A stretch of DNA of 64,000 nucleotides. Origin: Octopus vulgaris (Eukaryota). The DNA lies in contig OX597818.1 of the NCBI GenBank assembly GCA_951406725.2, positions 37,448,001-37,512,000 on the forward strand. Direction: 5' to 3'. The translations under genes were made by a program, and so were the position numbers. This document shows, piece after piece, positions 54,342-64,000 of this stretch; position 1 is the stretch's first letter, and each line of letters starts with the position of its first letter. The notes beneath the pieces are model-generated. The model made no database searches. It had not been told where the DNA came from and worked only from the letters and a program-made list of their open reading frames with translations.

Positions 54342-54654
54342 CGACCCGACACTCATAAGCTTATCTTTGCTTCTATTAAGCATCTAACACCCTTGCCCTG
54401 TTAAACAAGTCATGCAGACCAATATAGTCTTGCCTAAGTCTGAATATATCTTCAGTGGCAATACGCTACTGTTTCTCGGTGGATAGAAACCGATTTCTAA
54501 TGAGGGGTTTAAAAATACCGAAACTGCTCAGGTCGAATTAGTTGCCGACTGCAATGAAAACCTTGATATTTAGCCATGGCGTCTGTTTATAACAATGAGG
54601 GTACACGCGCGTAAGATTAAGTTATATTTTTAATTATCGCTTCTTTTATCACCT

Positions 54655-54715
<61 letters not shown>

Positions 54716-55083
54716 TACATATCGATAACTGACACTCCGTCGGTTACGACGACGTGTGTTCCAGTTGATACGATTAACGGAACAGCTTGCTCGTTAAATC
54801 AACGTGCAATTGGCTAAGCATTCCACAGACACGTATACCCTTAGCGTAGTTATCGGGGAGATTCAGCGTGACGTAGAATATGACAAGACTGGTTCTTTGA
54901 AATACAGGAACTATTAATTTTTGCCAGCTGAATGGACTGGAGCAACGTGAGACAAAGTTCCTTGCGTCGCCGAGTATTGAACTCACGACCTTGCGATCGT
55001 GAGTCAAATATCCTAACCACTAAGCCACGCGCCTTCATAAGCCATATATATATATATAAATTCACGCACACACACACATATAT

Positions 55084-55139
<56 letters not shown>

Positions 55140-55304
55140 TGTTATCGCCATATTAATATGGCAATCTTATAGATATAAGACTAAAAGCTGTCGCTGATTA
55201 GTTCCATGAGGCCATCGCCTTAAGATAGCTATTTGACACACAAACTGTGTCCATTATAACCTTCGAACAAGGGAGGTCAGCCGCTTCACACTGCTAGTCA
55301 GACA

Positions 55305-55347
55305 GCTACAGACGCGTTTCAGGGTATTTGCCCTTTGTCAATGTAGC
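55305..55347 (-). ncRNA. Degenerate Penelope-type minimal hammerhead
   Basis: GCTACA TTGACAA AGGG CAAATA CCCT GAAA CGCG TC TGTAGC; typical GAAACGCGTC, core mutated. Confidence 0.6.
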
Positions 55348-55415
55348 GTAGTCGACCCAGCAGGTGTCGCCACTGATCGTCTCTGTTCGAAGGAGACTGA
55401 AAGAAGCCCGTCGTA

Positions 55416-55455
<40 letters not shown>

Positions 55456-55832
55456 TATGTGTGTGTATATGTTTGTGTGTCTGTGTTTACCCCCGCCCTC
55501 CCCAACATCACTTGACAACCGATGGCGGCGTGTTTACGTCCCCGTAACTTAGCGGTTCAGCAAAAGAGACCGATAGAATAAGTACTAGGTTTCCATAGAA
55601 CAAGTCCTGGGGTCGATTTGCTCGACTAAAAAGCGGTGCACCAGCATGGCCGCAGTCAAATGACTGAAACGAGTAGAAGAGTGAAAGAGTAAAAGAGAGA
55701 GTAACTTATAAACGTACCAAAGTTCTTCATGTAGTTTCTTTGTGAAATTAATTCTATATAAGATATTTGAGGGGTACTTTATTATAATGTGATGGGACAG
55801 TTCCTTATTATAAATGCATGTTCCGGCAATTC

Positions 55833-55888
<56 letters not shown>

Positions 55889-56130
55889 CGGCGGGGGGAG
55901 GTACGCGCGTGCATATACTTAGGCTAGTAGCTTGCAAACACTAAACTCAAGTATCGGAGTAACGGAGTGTTTGGAGCTTTTTTTTTCTCTTTTTTTTTAC
56001 ATCTTCAATACAATTTTATACTTGACATTACATTTCGTATTTGAATTCTATACTTTCTTGTTTTGCACTTACGTACTTACACAAATATACACTCCCTCCC
56101 GATCTATCTCTCGCGCTCTCTACATGTATG

Positions 56131-56210
<80 letters not shown>

Positions 56211-56444
56211 AGAGAGAGAGAGAGAGAGGCGGAATGTAATACTATGAGTATTCAGTTTAGTTCACCACTAAAACTCCGACTTAAACTGCAGCTGAAGAAT
56301 TTGGTGCTGAGGATACCTATTAAAGGCTGCTAGAAGTGGCTTCTCATACTTTTTACTTTGATTCTTCCTTCATTTTTCGACAAACCGGAAAATACTAATG
56401 TCTTCGATTAGGAATATTCTTCATTTCTATATTTCTGTCTTTTC

Positions 56445-56534
56445 TCTCTCCGACGACGGTAAACTTAGCTTATGGAATCCTTAATCAATATCATGATCCA
56501 CATACTTGGCTGTTCTAGAAACAGCTGTAAGAGA
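56445..56534 (+). ncRNA. Degenerate hammerhead motif with long stem II region
   Basis: tctct CCGACGA (about 60 nt) GAAA cagctg TA agaga; palindromic CAGCTG stem III. Confidence 0.5.
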
Positions 56535-56598
56535 CTTAATCTTTTTATGTTCTCTATCTAAATTAAAAGCTTTTCAATGCCAAGCGTTTTGCTTTTTC

Positions 56599-56661
<63 letters not shown>

Positions 56662-57056
56662 CTAGCAGTATCGCCCGGCGTTGCTCGGGTTCGTAAGGGA
56701 AATAACTATATAAGCATTTTTAGAGATGTAAAGTATAATAGCCATCTCAATATGGCTAACCACAAAGGGGGTGTTACTGTAGCTTTTTACGTTCTGAGAT
56801 TTAATAATACATTTTTAGAGAGTTACTTCCCTTATATAAACCGAGCGAAAATGCATTAAAAATGTGGAAAAATTATGGTAAATTTTTTTTTTTAATCGTA
56901 GACTCATCGTAGACGCGCGCTAATACCCAGAAGGGCTCGATATGAATCACGACTATAAGATACCCGGTTTTGGTTACACTGCACCGCAAAATGTGGGATT
57001 AGTTAGGAATCTAAATCGTAGGAGACAGACACCACACAACCTCTCTTTTATATAGA
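56662..57056 (-). mobile_element. Non-autonomous Helitron, family B
   Basis: 5' TC, 3' hairpin plus CTAG; body shared with 59292-59690. Confidence 0.78.
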
Positions 57057-57274
57057 TTCGCTCGATTAAAGGCGGTGCTCCAGCATGGCCACAGTCAAAT
57101 GACTGAAACAAGTAGAAGAATAAAAGAATGTATACTTTTTTACTCTAAGCACAATGCCCAAAACTTTTAGGGAGGGGGCCAGTCGATTAGACCAACCTCA
57201 GCACGCAGCTGGTACTTAATTTATCGACCTGGAAAGGATGAAAGTCGACTTCGGCGGAATTTGAACTCAGAACG

Positions 57275-57319
<45 letters not shown>

Positions 57320-57625
57320 CAATAATTAAGGGTTTAGCGACATATATATATATATAATTAAGGGTTTAGCAACATATATATATATATATTATATATATAT
57401 ATAATAAAAGGATAAATTTTATCAATTAAATTAATTAATTAATCAATCAATTAATTAATAATTTCACGAAGTAGATCGGTACGTTAAAATAACCTTTATA
57501 GGTAAAATTATACAAATATTTTATAATTATAAACATAATTATAATTAGGGTTAAGCTAATTAGCACATGTGGTGAAGCAATTAGCTGAACCCTAATTATA
57601 ATTATGCTTATAATTATAAAATATT

Positions 57626-57664
<39 letters not shown>

Positions 57665-58108
57665 AAATATATGTGTATACACACACACATACGTGTGTAC
57701 ATGCGTGTGAGTGTATGTGTGTGTACGTATATGTGTGCATGTGTGTGTGTGTGTATGTATACGATGTAGATGTGCATGCCCGTCTGTAAGCGTGTGTATA
57801 AGTGTACATGGATGAAATGAAATATAAGTACGCTAGGAGACAGACATGAAAACAGTTTCTCATTCCAAGCGGATGGCGACGGTAAAGGCTGACCTTGTCA
57901 CCTTTTCAACCATACGCAGCCTGAAGTCCATATCGCTTCTGACCCAGTTCATATACTTGGTCAACAATGATTGCTACACTGCCAATAATCACAGTCACTC
58001 TTCCTCTTTTCTGAAGCACACTTTTAATATTATATTTTTAGTGTTGCTACCCAACAACAAGTGGCTTCTCCCACGCACACACGATTCTTATGACACTTCA
58101 AAACCCTG

Positions 58109-58151
<43 letters not shown>

Positions 58152-58246
58152 TAAGGGCTCCTAAATAAAGATGCCGAGTGCTGGGAACACAAAAAGGGGA
58201 TGAATTTATCGAGAGTGAAAATCAAAAACGTTTACCGATAACTTTA

Positions 58247-58326
58247 ACAACTCGTACCGCGGTTTCTGCTTCTTTCTAGCAAAACACAGAATATGTTTGC
58301 TAAGGCCAGCTTCATCAGCGAGTCGT
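58247..58326 (-). ncRNA. Type I hammerhead ribozyme (inverted sister copy)
   Basis: Reverse complement of the 58961-59040 motif; stem I ACGACUCG/CGAGUUGU. Confidence 0.82.
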
Positions 58327-58960
58327 CTAAATTTAATCGAGGTCTGCAGCGATGTGGGACTATGTGTTGAACCCGACTACTAGCAGATCTTAACTTTTCA
58401 AATCTCTGCGCAGACGCAAAATTTACACGGGCATGCCGGGAAGAATTTTACGAATAAATCCATCATGTAGTATGCGAATATAAACAAGAAGGGTAGTAAT
58501 ATTATTTACTACCAGGTGCCCAACACAAAAGACGAATTAGTCATAAGACAAAAATATTATTCATATAGAAAAATATTATTCATGTAGTTATACAATTAAG
58601 GGCTCCTAAATAAAGATGCCGAGTGCTGGGAACACAAAAAGGGGATGAATTTATCGAGAGTGAAAATCAAAAACGTTTACCGATAACTTTAACAACTCGT
58701 ACCGCGGTTTCTGCTTCTTTCTAGCAATAATATTTTTGTCTTATGACTAATTCGTCTTTTGTGCTGGGCACCTGGTAGTAAATAATATTACTACCCTTCT
58801 TGTTTATATTCGCATACTACATGATGGATTTATTCGTAAAATTCTTCCCGGCATGCCCGTGTAAATTTTGCGTCTGCGCAGAGATTTGAAAAGTTAAGAT
58901 CTGCTAGTAGTCGGGTTCAACACATAGTCCCACATCGCTGCAGACCTCGATTAAATTTAG

Positions 58961-59040
58961 GCGACTCGCTGATGAAGCTGGCCTTAGCAAACATATTCTG
59001 TGTTTTGCTAGAAAGAAGCAGAAACCGCGGTACGAGTTGT
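58961..59040 (+). ncRNA. Type I hammerhead ribozyme with palindromic stem III
   Basis: gcgactcg CTGATGA [agct...tagcaaa catattctgtg ttttgcta...agca] GAAA ccgcgg TA cgagttgt. Confidence 0.82.
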
Positions 59041-59291
59041 TAAAGTTATCGGTAAACGTTTTTGATTTTCACTCTCGATAAATTCATCCCCTTTTTGTGT
59101 TCCCAGCACTCGGCATCTTTATTTAGGAGCCCTTAATTGTATAACTACATGAATAATATTTTTCTATATGAATAATTTTTTTGTCTTATGACTAATTCGT
59201 CTTTTGTGCCGGGCACCTGGTAGTAAATAATATTACTACCCTTCTTGTTTATATATATATATATATATGCATGTATGTTTGTATGTATATA

Positions 59292-59690
59292 TCTTTATAT
59301 ATAAAAGTGAAATTGTGTGAGTGTCTGTCTCCTACGATTTAGATTCCTTACTCCCACATTTTGCGGTGCAGTTTAACCAAAACCGGGTATCTTATAGTCG
59401 TGATTCATATCGAGCCCTTCTGGGTATTAGCGCGCGTCTACGATGAGTCTACGATTAAAAAAAAAGTTTACCATCATTTTCCTCCATTTTAATGCATTTT
59501 TTCGCTATTATATAAGAGAAGTAACTCTCTAAAAATGTGTACGATGAGTCAACGATTTAAAAAAAAAATTACCATCATTATTTTTCCATTTTTAATGCAT
59601 TGTTTTGCTATTTTTTGGCTATAACTCTCTTAAAATGCTTATATAGTTATTTCCCTTACAAACCCGAGCAACGCCGGGCGATACTGCTAG
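59292..59690 (+). mobile_element. Non-autonomous Helitron, family B
   Basis: A|TCTTTATATATAAAAG ... cccgagcaacgccgggcgatactgCTAG|T; contains an internal duplication. Confidence 0.78.
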
Positions 59691-59769
59691 TATATATATA
59701 TATATATATATACACTAACACACACAGTCTTTGTTTTCCCTCAACTATACACTTAGTTACTCTTTTTTT

Positions 59770-59979
59770 ACTCTCTTTTACTCGTTTCAGTCATTTGACT
59801 GTAAACATGCTGGAGCACCGCCTTTAGTCGAGCAAATCGACCCTAGGACTTATTCTTTGTAAGCCCAGTACTTATTCTATCGGTCTCTTTTGCCGAACCG
59901 CTAAGTTACGGGGACGTAAACACACCAGCATCGTTTATCAAGTGATGTTGGGAGGCGGGGAACAAACACGCAAACATAT

Positions 59980-60014
<35 letters not shown>

Positions 60015-60180
60015 CTTATATACGACGGGTTTCTTTCAGTTTCCATCTACCAAATCCACTCACAAGGCCTTGGTCGGCCCAAGGCCATAGTAGAAGATAC
60101 TTGCCCAAGGTTCCACGCAGTGGGACTGAACCCGGAACCATGTGGTTGGTAAGCAAGCTACTTATCACACAGCCACTCTT
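59770..60180 (-). mobile_element. SINE family 1, full-length copy
   Basis: Reverse complement of the 8430-8775 family. Confidence 0.85.
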
Positions 60181-60623
60181 GAGTATAATTATAATAAGGG
60201 TTCAGCAAAAATTTTCTTCACCACATACCGAAATTTAGAAATAGCAGTTAAAACTAACTATTTCGTGGTGTCATGGGCCGCCAACTTATGTGTACGAATG
60301 TAAAGTATGCTTAAAATCTGATTCACTTATGGCTTATTTTTAAGAAACCCTTTAGTTGTGATAAAGAACAACATGAGGATGCAAACATTCCTTCTATGCT
60401 TTAGAAAGAATGTGTTTGCATTCTTATGTAGTTGTTCTTGATCACAGCTAAAGGCTTTCAAATATTTGAATTTATTGCAGCATTTCTGATTCACGTTGTG
60501 ATGTGCAAAAAAAAAAAATGTGTGTGTCTGTGTGTGTAATTGTATGCACGCGTAGGCAACCCCATATATATCTGTATATGTACATATATGTGGTGTGTGT
60601 TAGGGCAATACTTATACTTTTGT

Positions 60624-60679
<56 letters not shown>

Positions 60680-60694
60680 CACATACACACACTT

Positions 60695-60743
<49 letters not shown>

Positions 60744-61613
60744 GTTGTATCTTTTATTTGTACTTCAGTTCCACTTGCCGTCATCTTCCTTCCTTGTCAC
60801 TTATGCCTTGCTTCTTTTTTTCAGTTCCTATTGTCGTTTATTAGGCACTTCCTTCACCATTTCCTTGTTTCCATCGCATGTAGTTTGTGTGTGTGTATTA
60901 GTGTGTGTGTGTGTATTAGTGTGTGTGTGTGTGTGTGTGTGCGTATAAAGGCACAGGCATGGCCAGTTGGTTAAGAAATTCACTATAACCATGTGATCCA
61001 GGGTACGATCCCACTCCGCGGCAACATGAGAAAATATCTTTTATCTTCTAACTTAGCTTCGAACCGAACCAACCTCTGTGAATGAATGTGAGAAGACGGT
61101 ATGTCTGTGGAGACCTGTTGGGTGGAATTTACTTGTAATCCAAAAGACCAGCTTTTTCACGCACTATGTCACGCTAATTATGGCTGAGTATTAAGTATCA
61201 GTGGAATATACCACGACTTATAATTATAATACCAGAGATAGATAATTTAGTTGATAGAACGACTGGAATACTAATTGCCGAAAGGCAGAGAGGATCCATT
61301 AACTTGAAAATGCAGAAAAATGAAATTTCGATTTGATGCTCTGATACCACCAACTTGGACAGATAAGGTTTTGAAAGAAGCTTTTATCACTTGATAGGAT
61401 AGTAATCCAATGGATATTTTCATCTATCACCTGTTTATAAGTTGTCATCCTATATAAGTGGCTGGTGGAATAAAAGGTATGCATGGTGAACTAAAAACTT
61501 GGAAAGAAAAAAATGATGTTTGGAAAAAAAAAAACCTGAAATACAGCACCTCATTTGAGCAAAGGATATGAATTTTTTTTTTGCTGAAATAGTTTTTTTT
61601 TTTTTATAGAGGA

Positions 61614-61996
61614 CTAGCAGTATCACCCGGCGTTGCTCGGGTTTGTTTCGACCCTTTAGAATTGGAATTTTTGAAAAGTAAAAATATGTAGCTTGTTATT
61701 CTCTTTAAGTGAACATTTTTCTGGTTGAAATACACCGAAAAATGGCGACACAGCAGTCAAAAAATCGTAAAAAATAGGGATTTTCATAGAAAAAAAAGCA
61801 CCTTTTTGATGTAAATAATTTTTGGTGTTAACATGGTCCGATTTGAATTTTATCTCCTATGAAATGAAGAGCAAGCCTTCTTCTATCATACTCTCAATTT
61901 TGGTCAACTTGCGCTGCAGGGTCTCGGAGGAGATAGTGTTAGTTGAAGGCTACCAAACCTGCCACACACAGACAAATTCAGCTTTATATATATAGA
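61614..61996 (-). mobile_element. Non-autonomous Helitron, family A (full length)
   Basis: 5' TC ... CCCGAGCAACGCCGGG hairpin ... CTAG 3'. Confidence 0.78.
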
Positions 61997-62535
61997 GGAT
62001 TAACTTGGTGTGTGGTAAGTGAATACGATGACGTATTTATTCAAAATTCATACCTTACAACTTTGTTATCTTTATTAACTGCACTACACAAGTAACATGC
62101 TGCTTCTTCGTAGTCATCCAACATTGCAAAACGAAACATTTCGGCGAGTAGCAACTGAGAAAAGAGAAGTTTAGGAAACTTTTATTGAATTATTGCTACT
62201 GACGCTATGAAGTTGGATAGAAGAGATATTCCGTAAAAATATGATGACAGCAGAATTTTTGCATTCCTCGAAGTAGAAGTTTCACAAGAGTGACCGGCGA
62301 AAGAAGGATACGCACTGTTGACGGGAAAACTTCAAATCTAGAAAATTCTCTTTAGCGACGAATATGGCATATTTTTGCCGAAATATCAGTGTCATTGATG
62401 GCCATTTTATGAAATATTTTAAAAGTGGGTATGATAATTATTAAAAACTCGTCTTTTGCTTCCTTGTCTTTATTAATTTATCTAAACTAATAGTACACTG
62501 CTTCTTTGAGATTCTCTCCCTCACACACACAGAAA

Positions 62536-62573
<38 letters not shown>

Positions 62574-63679
62574 AATACATAGACGTATATACATATATGT
62601 ACATACATATATTTAAGTATGAGACGTTTTGACTCAACTTATTTAGCGTCATTAATTCGACGCTGACCTCAGTTGTTTTTTCTTCTCTCCCTTCCCCCTC
62701 TCTCTTTGTGTGTGAGGGTATATTTCTCTCTATATGTATAAGGAGAGGGAAAGTATTTATGTAAATCGTGTTCAATGAATAAATTGTAATGTATTTTTTT
62801 CTCTATCTGTATATATATATGTATATTTCTGCGCGTGCGTGCGTAGTGTGTTTGCCTCCAGTGCTAAAAAGTACTGTCGCCAAAATAGGTTGAATGCTCA
62901 GTCAGCCATGCTAAATCGCCAGCGTTTGAACAGCCACACTAAATCGTTGCATTCCGATCTGAGGTGCAGAAATTAGAAGTGCTGTGACGAGGTTAGCTAG
63001 ACATATAGGTAAGAATTTCGAAGCAAGTGATTGGAATTTATAAGCGATTTAGATATTGTTATAAAATGGATAAAAGATACTTTATGGAGAAGCAGGCACC
63101 ACACAAAGTGAAAAATTTGAACCATTCATGAAGAGGTTAAATGACTTAGGTGTAAAGGGATTCCAGTTTCTCAAATGTATAAATTAATTATAAATTAATT
63201 GGGGAATGCTTTTTTTTTCTTCTGAGTTGTGATGCAGTCAGTACGACCCTGTTAAAGTTAGTGGTAGTCGGGACAACAGCACGCCGGTGAATTTCGAAAG
63301 ACTTGATGTGCCAACAACTAGCACTAGCTGCCAAAATCTTAGTTACAGTACGCATGTTTTTAATAACTAGTCTTCCCTGCATGCTATTTGTGCACTGCAT
63401 GATTGACCCAAGGAGCCACTTCAAAGTTAAAGAACGAGTCCCTCACCCTGACAAAGTAACATGTAAATATATTTGGACCAATTATTTCTTTAACTAACAG
63501 TATATGAGTATACGCTTGATTGCTTCCCAACAGATTTGATCATATTAGATTTACAATCTTTTCCAGCTTCATTTAAACATATGTTCAACTTTATTGTGAT
63601 GACACACAAACAGGGCCGGATTAAGATACACAGAGATCATAAGCACTTAAGACATTCTGCTTCCCACATATATCTCTTT

Positions 63680-63903
63680 TGCTCTTTTACTTGTTTCAGT
63701 CATTTGACTGTGGCCATGCTGAAGCACTGCCTTTAGTCGAGCAAATCGACTCCAGGACTTATTCTTTGTAAGCCTAGTACTTATTCTATCGGTCTCTTTT
63801 GCCGAACCGCTAAGTTACGGGGACGTAAACACACCAGCATCGGTTGTCAAGCGATGTTGGTGCGGGGGGGGTGGGGCAAACACAAACATACACACACACG
63901 TAC

Positions 63904-63947
<44 letters not shown>

Positions 63948-64000
63948 GACGGGCTTCTTTCAGTTTCCGTCTACCAAATCCACTCACAAGGCTTTGGTCG
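63680..64000 (-). mobile_element. SINE family 1 copy running off the window end
   Basis: Near-identical to 22365-22670. Confidence 0.85.

Larger units (their letters stand above)
58146..59254. mobile_element. 445-bp HHR-bearing unit as partial tandem plus inverted copy (Penelope pLTR / retrozyme-like) in (TA)n
   Basis: caattaagggctcc at 58148 and 58593 (period 445); inversion near 58727; inverted arm runs to about 59254; (TA)n on both sides. Confidence 0.88.

Noticed and set aside
56662-59690. Inverted Helitron pair as termini of one composite element around the 445-bp HHR locus
   Set aside because: The copies differ in length and sequence, and Helitrons do not use paired inverted ends; independent insertions are more likely
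62000-63660. Possible DNA transposon remnants (cagtgct..., cagggccggatt ends)
   Set aside because: Too decayed; no paired TIRs or clear transposase motifs

Overview
AT-rich, repeat-dense animal genomic DNA. The SINE families and (TA)n/(CA)n density suggest an octopus-like cephalopod (inference). The only host gene I can support is a complete 5-exon UFC1 (UFM1-conjugating E2, 167 aa) on the minus strand (15126->1587). The rest is transposon debris: tRNA-headed SINEs, CR1/RTE/RLE-type LINE remnants, a truncated Ty3/Gypsy element just upstream of UFC1, Tc1 and mariner fragments, and non-autonomous Helitrons. The main unexpected signal is a set of type I hammerhead ribozyme (HHR) motifs. A 7.8-kb array of near-identical 333-bp units (33417-41265) carries one HHR per unit: about 20 units on the minus strand, an inversion, then about 4 units on the plus strand, all inside a (TA)n target. 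A second, unrelated 445-bp HHR unit (58146-59254) has the same tandem-plus-inverted architecture. Several further minimal or degenerate HHRs are scattered through the window, including one in a tRNA-headed element in the sense strand of the last UFC1 intron. This resembles a retrozyme / Penelope-like-element-dependent self-cleaving circRNA system. All folds were derived by eye and none of the ribozyme activity is demonstrated.
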